Positions 35,718 to 44,268 of a DNA stretch of 48,506 nt are shown here, piece after piece (the stretch's first letter is position 1; each line of letters begins with the position of its first letter). The notes under the pieces were generated by a model. That model made no database searches, was not told where the DNA came from, and saw only the letters and a list, made by a program, of their open reading frames with translations. Source of the stretch: Candidatus Aenigmatarchaeota archaeon (GTDB lineage Archaea; Aenigmatarchaeota; Aenigmatarchaeia; CG10238-14; SCSR01). The stretch lies in contig JACPJS010000010.1 in assembly GCA_016187405.1 (NCBI GenBank), positions 1 through 48,506 on the forward strand, read 5' to 3'. A program made the translations under genes and the position numbers.

Positions 35718-36149
35718 TCACTCTTCTTTGACTCTCTTTTTCTTTTGTATAGGCCTTGGTTTTGGTTCAATTCCATAAAAAGATGGGAAGATTCTTTGTT
35801 TAGATGGTAACTCATAAATTGTGACGTTATGTCCATTTAATCTATCGAAATCCTTTTCCCCGATAGTTGTTTGACTCTCAGGTAATTTAATATCAAAATC
35901 TGTTAGCAAACCGGCAACATCCCCTACTCTGAAGTATCCCATTGCACCAATGGCATCAATGTCTGGTTTGGGTCGTCTATAACTAACAACAACTCCGCAA
36001 CACAACGAACCTGCATAAGCTCCAGAACCAGGTAGTTGCGTAATTACAACTCTTTCTATTGTTGCTCTTCTAGGCTGTAACCAAGGTCGCAAACTTGAGA
36101 AGTCCATAGCGGAAAATGCATATCGAGTTTCAGGTTGGTATGTCGTCAT
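35718..36149 (-). CDS. Hypothetical protein (Arg-rich ORFan class), immediately downstream of tfb
   Basis: 143 aa. Its ATG lies 2 nt after the TFB stop (GAATAAATATG). It has a Lys-rich tail and no recognisable motif. Confidence 0.55.
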   Translation of the reverse strand: MTTYQPETRYAFSAMDFSSLRPWLQPRRATIERVVITQLPGSGAYAGSLCCGVVVSYRRPKPDIDAIGAMGYFRVGDVAGLLTDFDIKLPESQTTIGEKDFDRLNGHNVTIYELPSKQRIFPSFYGIEPKPRPIQKKKRVKEE

Positions 36150-36151
36150 AT

Positions 36152-37129
36152 TTATTCCTCTTTAGCTCTCTTTTCCATCTCGTCTTCAAGATTCAATTTC
36201 TTTACCAATTCAGTGTATCTGTTTCTGATTGTGACTTCTGTGATGTTTGTCGTATCAGCAACTTCTCTTTGTGTTCTCTTTTCACCGATAAGAACGCATG
36301 CTATGTAAATAGCCGCAGCTGCAACACCAGTTGGTCCTTTACCACTTGTTATGTCGTGTTTCTTTGCTTTCTTCAAAATCTCTATAGCCTTTGCCTGTAC
36401 CCTGTCGCTCAATCCCAACATTGAACAGAATCTTGGAACGTAGGACATTGGATCTGCTGGCAAAATTCTGATTTGCAATTCCCTTGAAATGTATCTATAT
36501 GTTCTTCCGATTTCTCTCTTGTCTTCACCAGATGCTTCTGTTATTTCATCCAAAGTTCTTGGTGAACCGAATTCTCTTGAAACTGCATATGTCAAAGCTG
36601 CGATAACTGATTCAATTGATCTTCCTCTGACCAATCCCTTGTTAACAGCCTGCTCGTAATATCTTGCAATTCTTTCGTGAACGCTTCTTGAAAGATTCAA
36701 GAACGAGACAATTCTCTGAAGTTCACTAAGAGCAAAAGAAAGATTTCTATCCTTAGACTTGATTAGTCTCTTGTGCCATTTTGTCAATCTGTAATATTGT
36801 GCTCTCTTCTTTGTTGGAACCTTGTACAATTCACCGACACCCTTGCCAATTTCAGTCGTCATACCCTTGTCGTGTTTTGTGAATGTTAATGGTGCACCAG
36901 ATCTTGCTCTCTTTGACATCTGTTCGGTGTCGAAAGCTCTCCATTCCTGGCCTGTATCTATCATCGATTCTTCCATGACCAATCCACAGTTGGAACAAAC
37001 AAGTTCTCCTCTCTGTGAATCTTCTAGAAAATTAGTATTACCGCAATCAGGACATTTCTTTGAATACTTTGACCCCGTCTTTGAAGGTGGAGCTGTTCTT
37101 GTTGATTTTGATACTTTTCTTTTTGGCAT
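36152..37129 (-). CDS. tfb: Transcription initiation factor B (TFIIB homolog)
   Basis: It has the Zn ribbon CPDCGNTNFLEDSQRGELVCSNCG, the B-reader/linker, and two cyclin-fold repeats. Confidence 0.95.
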   Translation of the reverse strand: MPKRKVSKSTRTAPPSKTGSKYSKKCPDCGNTNFLEDSQRGELVCSNCGLVMEESMIDTGQEWRAFDTEQMSKRARSGAPLTFTKHDKGMTTEIGKGVGELYKVPTKKRAQYYRLTKWHKRLIKSKDRNLSFALSELQRIVSFLNLSRSVHERIARYYEQAVNKGLVRGRSIESVIAALTYAVSREFGSPRTLDEITEASGEDKREIGRTYRYISRELQIRILPADPMSYVPRFCSMLGLSDRVQAKAIEILKKAKKHDITSGKGPTGVAAAAIYIACVLIGEKRTQREVADTTNITEVTIRNRYTELVKKLNLEDEMEKRAKEE

Positions 37130-37135
37130 GTTTTA

Positions 37136-37462
37136 TCACTTTCTTCTATGCCATACACCAGAAACTTCGTCTCTGCGATACAAAAGTGGCAATAATTCTT
37201 CTCTTATAGCTCTCTCAGATCCTTCTGATAGGGATAATCCCTCAGGAGACAAAGCTTGATTCAATCCATCAACAATTTCATATGCGTGGATATAACCTAG
37301 ACGAGGTAATTCATAAGTAAATGTTCTTGGACCTGGTCTAGTAATAACAGCTACAACATATGCTGACATAGCTCCATTAACTGGTCCAATTCCAAGTATT
37401 AAATGACCATGGGCTATAGAACGTCCAGTTTCTCGAGATGAACTTTGTATTGCGCTTGTCAT
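37136..37462 (-). CDS. Hypothetical protein (Arg-rich ORFan class), in frame upstream of tfb
   Basis: 108 aa with R:K of 11:1. It ends AAG TGA TAA AAC and is then followed by the tfb ATG. It is flanked by an exact 16-nt direct repeat. Confidence 0.5.
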   Translation of the reverse strand: MTSAIQSSSRETGRSIAHGHLILGIGPVNGAMSAYVVAVITRPGPRTFTYELPRLGYIHAYEIVDGLNQALSPEGLSLSEGSERAIREELLPLLYRRDEVSGVWHRRK

Positions 37463-37546
37463 GTTTTATCACTTTAGAGTGAATTCAAATTTTACTATAA
37501 ACAGTTAACTATTTAAGCATTTCGATTTTACTTATTTTAGCTTTCC

Positions 37547-38020
37547 CTAACTTAAAGATATATTACTAACACGCTTCCTAATCAAATCACCGCCGCACCT
37601 AGAACAATGCAACTGGTCGTCATAGAATTTCTCGCAGTTCTCACAGTAACTTCTCCATATAACAACCTTTTTTATTTTCTTGTCAGTGGCTGAAACATAA
37701 TTGATGCCGAATTTCTGTGCGACGTTCTGTATGTTGAAATCATTGGAAACTATTGTAAGGTTCTTTTCCTTTGCAAGCGCGAGTATTTTAACGTCTGTCT
37801 GGGATAATTTTCCAGAATCACCAGTCTCACTCGACATCTTCTTTATCTCCTTTACAGATTTTTCATCAGGCTCTCTTGTCTTGATGTTCATGCCAGATAA
37901 TTTCATAGAAGTATTTCTATCCTTAATCTCATCCATCACTTCCGGCACTGTGAATATCTCCTCAAAGTTCCTGAAATCGTTCAGGAATATCACTGCATTG
38001 GTATCCAGCACTACTTTCAT
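37547..38020 (-). CDS. nob1: PIN-domain endonuclease with C-terminal zinc ribbon (archaeal Nob1-like)
   Basis: The PIN start is MKVVLDTNAVIF, with acidic residues spaced as in PIN domains. The C-terminus is CENC...CSRCG. Confidence 0.78.
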   Translation of the reverse strand: MKVVLDTNAVIFLNDFRNFEEIFTVPEVMDEIKDRNTSMKLSGMNIKTREPDEKSVKEIKKMSSETGDSGKLSQTDVKILALAKEKNLTIVSNDFNIQNVAQKFGINYVSATDKKIKKVVIWRSYCENCEKFYDDQLHCSRCGGDLIRKRVSNISLS

Positions 38021-38075
38021 ACAACTCTGATGATGTTGAGAAATTTATATTACTTGCGGAAGACAATAATTGTAT

Positions 38076-38282
38076 ATGGTAAAAGATTTCCCGCTGTTGC
38101 CTTTGGAGAAAATCGCGCGTGAAGCCGGAGCAGAAAGGGTATCCGCATCGGCACTTCATGAACTGAAGAAAGTTTTACTCGAGATATCAGAAGATATTGC
38201 AAGGAATGCAGTCAAATTCTCTGAGCACGCTAAAAGAGTCACTGTAAAAAGCGAAGATATCGTACTTGCTAACAAGAGATAG
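38076..38282 (+). CDS. Archaeal histone (HMf family)
   Basis: 68 aa counted from ATG 38076. LPLEKIAREAGAERVSASALHELKKVLLEISEDIARNAVKFSEHAKRVTVKSEDI is a histone fold. Confidence 0.9.
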   Translation: MVKDFPLLPLEKIAREAGAERVSASALHELKKVLLEISEDIARNAVKFSEHAKRVTVKSEDIVLANKR

Positions 38283-38345
38283 TTAATTTTTTAAACAATT
38301 TTCTCTTTGGAAATTAATTTAAATCAAACTGTACAGATATTGTGA

Positions 38346-38738
38346 ATGGCTGATTTTACTAGAACAGGAATCAAAGACCTTAAACCGGGCAGCTATGTCA
38401 TTATAGACGATGCTCCATGTAAGGTTGAGAAGGTACAGGTTTCTACATCCGGGAAGCATGGTCATGCAAAGATCAGAATTGAAGCCATGGGAATTTTAGA
38501 CGGCAGAAGAAGAAGCATACTAGGTCCGTCACATGAAGAAGTATCCGCTCCGATAATTCTGAAGAAAGAGGCGCAGGTACTTGCAGTTTCAGGAAACACA
38601 GCACAACTGATGGATATGGTTGATTATTCTACATTTGAATTGGAAATCGACGAGGCAGTGAGAGACAAGGTAATCGCAGGGAATGAGATTTCATACTTTG
38701 AAGTTCTGGGAATCAAAACTTTGAAACCGTTAAAGTAA
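38346..38738 (+). CDS. aIF5A: Translation initiation factor 5A
   Basis: Contains the hypusination loop STSGKHGHAK. The target Lys37 codon AAG lies at 38454-38456. Confidence 0.93.
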   Translation: MADFTRTGIKDLKPGSYVIIDDAPCKVEKVQVSTSGKHGHAKIRIEAMGILDGRRRSILGPSHEEVSAPIILKKEAQVLAVSGNTAQLMDMVDYSTFELEIDEAVRDKVIAGNEISYFEVLGIKTLKPLK

Positions 38739-38775
38739 ATTTCTGATAATGTCACCTATTGAAACGATAAGTCAG

Positions 38776-39087
38776 TTAGACCTGTCCGGTAAGAACTAAT
38801 GCAATTGCAAATAAGAACAATATGATATCTATCACAATCAAAACTACACCGATAACCAAACCGATTATTGGCAATGTCTTTTTGGATTTTTTATTAAACA
38901 AATCGATTATACCCAGCACGACAGCAAATATGGCCGAGAATACTGATACAAAAATTGATAATAATATCAAAGTGTCTGCGATAGTTCCTGCTGCGGTAAC
39001 ACCTGCGATAATAAAATAAATCAATAAAGTCGCTATACCAACTAATGAAAGGATGAAGCTTGTTTTCCCTAAAGCAGAGGTCTCCAT
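38776..39087 (-). CDS. Hypothetical small membrane protein
   Basis: 103 aa with three or four hydrophobic helices. Confidence 0.6.
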   Translation of the reverse strand: METSALGKTSFILSLVGIATLLIYFIIAGVTAAGTIADTLILLSIFVSVFSAIFAVVLGIIDLFNKKSKKTLPIIGLVIGVVLIVIDIILFLFAIALVLTGQV

Positions 39088-39138
39088 GATTTTACTTATG
39101 TTATAAGGATTAAATACTATCCGGTCTGCAGTATATTG

Positions 39139-39145
39139 TTTAAAT
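39139..39145 (+). promoter_or_regulatory. TATA-like box TTTAAAT, 23 nt upstream of ATG 39169
   Basis: It has the same box-to-start spacing as the other boxes in this window. Confidence 0.45.
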
Positions 39146-39168
39146 GCTTAATTCTCCTTTGTTAATTT

Positions 39169-39945
39169 ATGACTGGAGTTAGTACACGACTGGATGAATC
39201 TCAACAAGATACTAAACCTGCTTATACCCAACGTGTTGTATCTGGATTGTGGCATACTATTGATGAACTGAAAGTAGCTCAAGATGCCAGACTTCCGCCA
39301 GGTTATACAGTAAGTGTTAAATACAATTATGTTAATACACCGCATTATTACAATAATACAGCGAAAGTTACAGTTACACCTGACCGTATTTATGTTTTTG
39401 GTGGTGAACTGCAACCACGTACAGCATTGGTTGAACTGGGTAATCCGTATTCAGTTTATGACGAAAGACATCTTTATGTTGATCCGGATAATGTTAAACT
39501 TGAGAAAGCTGTAAGATTGTTGGCGCTCCATATTCAAGATGATATAAGAAGAAGAGGTAATGAAGAGGTAGAATTCATGTATGGCAAACTTAAAGACGCC
39601 GTTGAAAAAGGACTTATCATACCCGATGAAATACCATTAAGAAACATACCTGTTGGTAATCATGAATTTCCTGAGTTAATGGAGACCGCACAAGGAAATG
39701 CAATACTGCCTCAGAATGTAGGTGATTTCAGAGAAAACCCCATGGCATTATTTTGTTATCCTTTAGTTGGTTTACAAGAATACGAACGAATCGTAAAAAG
39801 ATTGTATAATGATTTTGGTATTCAGATACCACACAGCATGCGGCTAGATTTGGACTCTCTTGCTAGAAAATCAAATGCAAACGAAAAAAAGAGAAGACGC
39901 GTGTATATTGGTTTTGCATCGCATTATGAAGTTGATGTGGGATAA
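39169..39945 (+). CDS. Hypothetical protein (Arg-rich ORFan class)
   Basis: 258 aa with an ATG start and R:K of 19:13. No recognisable motif. It converges on the 3' end of the 23S rRNA. Confidence 0.6.
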   Translation: MTGVSTRLDESQQDTKPAYTQRVVSGLWHTIDELKVAQDARLPPGYTVSVKYNYVNTPHYYNNTAKVTVTPDRIYVFGGELQPRTALVELGNPYSVYDERHLYVDPDNVKLEKAVRLLALHIQDDIRRRGNEEVEFMYGKLKDAVEKGLIIPDEIPLRNIPVGNHEFPELMETAQGNAILPQNVGDFRENPMALFCYPLVGLQEYERIVKRLYNDFGIQIPHSMRLDLDSLARKSNANEKKRRRVYIGFASHYEVDVG

Positions 39946-40003
39946 ATTCTTTTCCGATAAATATCTCTAGTGAAATTAATTTTGAAAAAATGAAGAGTGT
40001 TTC

Positions 40004-40037
40004 CACTATTCATAGGAACAGGTCATTTATCAAGGCC
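40004..40037 (-). repeat. 3' half of the 23S rRNA processing stem (bulge-helix-bulge-like)
   Basis: nt 40004-40023 are the perfect reverse complement of 43201-43220 (20 bp). A second short helix pairs aaggcc (40032-40037) with ggcctt (43187-43192) across unpaired bases. Confidence 0.85.
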
Positions 40038-43000
40038 CATCAATCTCAGACGATTAGTAAGAGCCAGCTGAAATTCTCGCTCGAAAGCTTGAATCTTACA
40101 CCGCTCTCCTATCAACGCTATCGTCTATAGCAGTCCTCGTCCAATCACCGGTCCTTGCGAACCAGCAATCGGAATAGTTGTCTATTTTTTCGGATGGTTT
40201 CGTCCTTAGATGCTTTCAGGTCTTATCCATGTATGGCTTAGCTGCCCAGCAATGCGCAAACAACTGGTACACCAGAGGCCACGGGGGGATGTTCCTTTCG
40301 TACTTAACCCTCCTTCCGATCAGACAACTGACACCTCCTGTAGATAGCGACCGAACTGTCTCACAACGTTCTGAACCCAGCTAGCGTCCCCTTTTAACCA
40401 GTGGACACCTGTACCCTTGGCCGCTGCTGCACGGCCAGGAGAGGGGGAGCCGACAACGACGCATCAACGCGCCGGGTCAATTTACTCGCACATTATCTTC
40501 TGGGAAATAAATCGACCCCAAAGAGCTATATGCCAGTGAGCTTTCACCGGCCACGAACCCATTATCCCCGAGGTAGCTTTTCTCATACCACCGGCACCCA
40601 TTAATGGTAACCGATGTATCGCTAACCCGCGCTTTCGCGGTTGAATTCCTTGCTGGTCGGAATCCAATCAGACTTCCTTTTGCGTTTATGCTCTATTCCG
40701 GATTTCTGTCGGGTAATGTGAAATGATAAACCGTAACTCATAAGCTACCTCGCTTATCATCTTTTTTTCAAACATAAAGCTTGTATTCATCATCACGTAC
40801 ACAATTCACACTATGACCCGGATGAGGAAATCTTAGGAGACCCTTGATCCTTTATCGAGGGTGTACCGCCCCAGCCGAACTACCCATCTGATGCTGTTCT
40901 CTTGCAAGTAAGCAATACAATTCTGAAAGGGTAGTGTTACAATTGCCTCTCAGTTTTACCCAAAGGCAAAACCTGATAGCGAGTCCTACCTACACTATGC
41001 AGCCAAAATCGTACCGCAACAACAGACTGTAGTAAAGCTCTACGGGGTCTACGTTTCCCACAGGAGGTCTCAGGCCTATTCACCTGAAAAGCAACTTCAC
41101 TGGGTATCAGTTCAAGACAGTAGAGAAGTCGTTAAGCCATTCAGACGGGCCGTCAATCAAACGGCAAGGGATTACGCTACTTTACGACGGTCAGAGTTAC
41201 CGCCACCGTTTACTAGGGCTTTTTTCGGTTGAACCCGAATTTCACACACTAGTACTGGGTAGGCATCAGAAACTGTACTTATCTTTTCAGACTTGCAGTC
41301 TCAGTTGTTTTTGTTAAACAGTCGCTCCCCTCTTGTTATTGAAACCTACAGTTCCCCTTGCGGAAAACCATAGGCACTCCTTCTCGCGAACTTACGGAGC
41401 CAAATTGCCGAGTTCCTTGAACAGAGTTGTCCCAACACGCCTTCGCCTTCTCAGCGAGTCCACCTGTGACGGTTCTCGGTATGGACATGAAGGATCCTTC
41501 CCGATTCGATTTTCACGGGCTCCTAGAGTCGACAGAACTCTACATACATAGAGCTATTCCTACTTTCCTCTCTTTCTCCTCGTTACAAGACTCCAGAGAA
41601 TTCAGTAGTTAACTTGCGTCTGCCTATCTTGAAGCGTCTCAAATCGGGCTTGCGTTACCGCGCGTACCTCCATGGTATCGGAATATTAACCGATTTCCCT
41701 ATCGTGTTTTTAGATTAGCGAAACACTTAGGACCAACTAACTGCCAGCTGACGAACATTGCTGACAAACCCTTGGACTTTAGGCGGCTGGAATTCTCATC
41801 CAGCTATGTTGCTACTATTGGCAGGATCTTTATTTCTACATGATCTACTCCTGCTCACGCAGAAGCTTCTATTCACGAAGAACACTCATCTACCCTCTCT
41901 TTCGAGAGCTTGAGTATCGATAGCTGACTTAGTCCCTTCCATTTTCAGGGCATAAATCCTCGGTAGGTAAGTTGTTACACACTTCTTAGCTAATGGCTAC
42001 TTCTAAGCCTATAGTCCTACTGTCTGAGGATTCACACTCCCTTCTTCGTTTAGTCAGCATTTAGGGATCTTAACTCAAGTCTGGCTTTTTTTCCTTTTGG
42101 ACGCCGAGCTTACCCCAGCGACCTAACTCCGGTCTTCTACGACTACAAGAGATTCGGAGTTTAACAAGAAAACTGGACCTTTCGATCCGTGGTTTTCTAA
42201 TTAGTATCTCTACCCTCCCGTAAGTCTCAGACCAGGCTGCACCAAGATGCATTTCGATGAGAACCAGCTATCACTAGATTCGATAGGCTTTTCACCCCTA
42301 ACCCCGGATCACCCGAAGGAATGGATCTCACAACCGGTAGCGGACCTCCACCTACCTTTCAGTAGGCTTCATCCTGCCCAGGGTTAGATCATCTAGTTTC
42401 AGGTCCTATCCTAGTAACTTCAGGCACTTTCACACCTTGTCCCACGCAGTTTTTACACTGTTACGGACGTATCGCTTTCGCTTGTGTTCCTTGGCTTAAA
42501 CCAATTAACATCGCTACTAGGATAGACTCCCTGCCCCGTTTTTCGGAACGGACGATACGATCCTGTAATCTATCTTTCGTACCACAAGTTCTCACTTGTT
42601 TCCTTCAAGACAGAACCTTCCGGACCGTATCTGACTATGACCACATTGGTTTCAAGCTCTATTTCACCCTGTTTTCACAGTACTTTTCAGCTTTCAATCG
42701 CTTTACTACTTTGCTATCGGACTTTGGCAATATTTAGAGTTGCTAGTTAATTCTAGCGGATTTATGCACAATATTCAGTGTACATTACTCAGGATACTCG
42801 CCATTTCCCACCAATCTACCTCTACGGGACTATCACCCTCTAAGGTGCCGTTTTCCAACAGACTTTAAGTCGAGAGGTTCAGGGAAGACACGAGTCCTAC
42901 AACACCACATCCATCCTTGCTTTCACAAGGTGTTCGGTTTGCTCTGTTTCGCTTTCGCTCGCCGTTACTCGCGAAATCTCAATTGATTTCTCTTCCTGCG

Positions 43001-43186
43001 GCTACTAAGATGCTTCAATTTACCGCGTTCCTTACCCTTTCGGGTTGACTCTCAACGAGCCATGATTCACATTTAGACATTCCAGGGTCAAATCCTCCTT
43101 GCGGATAACCTGGACTTATCACAGCTTGGCATGTCCTTCTTCAGTCCCAAAGCCTAGCTATCCACCAAGTGGCGTATTTATTGACA
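40038..43186 (-). rRNA. rrl: 23S rRNA (about 3.15 kb; ends +/- 20 nt)
   Basis: On the minus strand I read the 5' block GCCACTTGGTGGATAGCTAGGCTTTGGGACTGAAGAAGGACATGCCAAGCTG. I also read the P-loop CTGGGGCGG, the PTC blocks GGGGATAA and GTCGGCTC, GAGACAGTTCGGTC, and the sarcin-ricin loop AGTACGAAAGGAAC. Confidence 0.92.
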
Positions 43187-43220
43187 GGCCTTATTGACCA
43201 ACCTGTTCCTATGAATAGTG
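43187..43220 (-). repeat. 5' half of the 23S rRNA processing stem
   Basis: It is the partner of 40004-40037 (see that feature). Confidence 0.85.
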
Positions 43221-43543
43221 TCATCTTTGTGGTTTCATTTGACAGTTCGCTCTTCATATCAGCATCAGATACTAAACTTCAATCACTAACCTTCACTCTT
43301 CAATCCATATACGCATATGGATCTGCATAAACATAGATGCCTCATGCGAAATTTTTAGAATCACAGAGAAGCACGTGTAATTAAACACTCCTATGAAGCG
43401 GTTTAGGCAAACATAGTATCACAATTTTTGTATTAACTTTATTGACACCAAACGTTTAAATAGATTTCGAGATTTCGGGCGTTGCCTAAGAAGTGATTCT
43501 TGCACAAAAAGTTCTTTAATTGATTTGAGATAAATTATTATTA

Positions 43544-44206
43544 ATGCCATACAAACTTTCGCCTTCTTCATTGTCTTTATTGAAAGAATGTCCGAGATGT
43601 TTCTGGCTCCAATTTAACAAAAAGATACATAGACCTAACGGTGTATTTCCATCTCTCCCGTCAGGTATGGACAGAATATTCAAGACACATTTTGATTCCT
43701 TCCGTGACAAAGGATTGTTACCGCCTGAACTTGAAAAACTGGATGGCAGTACGAAATTATTTGGTGACAAGCAAGTTCTGGATATATGGAGAAACAATCT
43801 CAAAGGCATTCAATGGACTGACGATGAAGGCAACATATTCAGGGGTGCAGTCGATAATATCCTCCAGAAAGGCAAGAAACTCATAGTCCTTGATTACAAA
43901 ACAAGAGGATATGAACTGAAGGAAGACACCCATGAACACTATCAGGACCAGTTGGACATCTACAACCTCCTGTTAAGGAAGAACGGGTATGATACAGAAG
44001 ATTATGCATATCTACTGTTCTATTATCCTAATAAAATTAATGAGAACGGGGATGTGCTGTTTCACAATAAGTTGCTGAAAATGAAGATTTCAATAAAGAA
44101 TGCCGAAAGGATTTTTAAGGAAGCTATTAATATCTTAAAGGGAGATATGCCGGAAATCAATGATGATTGTGTATTTTGTGAATGGATTGAAGTGAACAAT
44201 ATATAA
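43544..44206 (+). CDS. PD-(D/E)XK nuclease, Cas4/RecB-like with Cys cluster
   Basis: Has an N-terminal CPRC. The core is GAVDNIL...LIVLDYKT....QDQLDIYNLL, with a C-terminal CVFC. No CRISPR array or other cas gene is present in the window. Confidence 0.78.
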   Translation: MPYKLSPSSLSLLKECPRCFWLQFNKKIHRPNGVFPSLPSGMDRIFKTHFDSFRDKGLLPPELEKLDGSTKLFGDKQVLDIWRNNLKGIQWTDDEGNIFRGAVDNILQKGKKLIVLDYKTRGYELKEDTHEHYQDQLDIYNLLLRKNGYDTEDYAYLLFYYPNKINENGDVLFHNKLLKMKISIKNAERIFKEAINILKGDMPEINDDCVFCEWIEVNNI

Positions 44207-44268
44207 GAAGTGTATTATGTTAAATGAAGAAAACATTAAAAAAGAAATTAAAACTCAATTCTATCAAT

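Noticed and set aside
38776-39087. Small membrane ORFs (38776-39087, 34418-34714, 27258-27443, 6660-7007) considered as holin or toxin-like elements.
   Set aside because: They show only hydrophobic helices, with no partner gene or motif that would support a toxin or holin call. They are kept as hypothetical membrane proteins.
40178-42252. Six listed ORFs of 60-72 aa (40178-40384, 40401-40604, 40482-40667, 41333-41551, 41427-41612, 42070-42252).
   Set aside because: All lie inside the 23S rRNA gene, whose conserved blocks I could read directly. They are chance ORFs in structured RNA and not homing-endonuclease-sized.
43303-43322. 8-bp hairpin ATCCATAT-ACGC-ATATGGAT in the 23S 5' leader.
   Set aside because: It is real in the sequence, but small hairpins are expected in rRNA leaders. 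Nothing indicates a distinct function.
43516-43809. 97-aa minus-strand ORF and 81-aa plus-strand ORF (43641-43886) overlapping the Cas4-like gene.
   Set aside because: The Cas4-like frame carries recognisable PD-(D/E)XK and Cys motifs. The overlapping frames have none.
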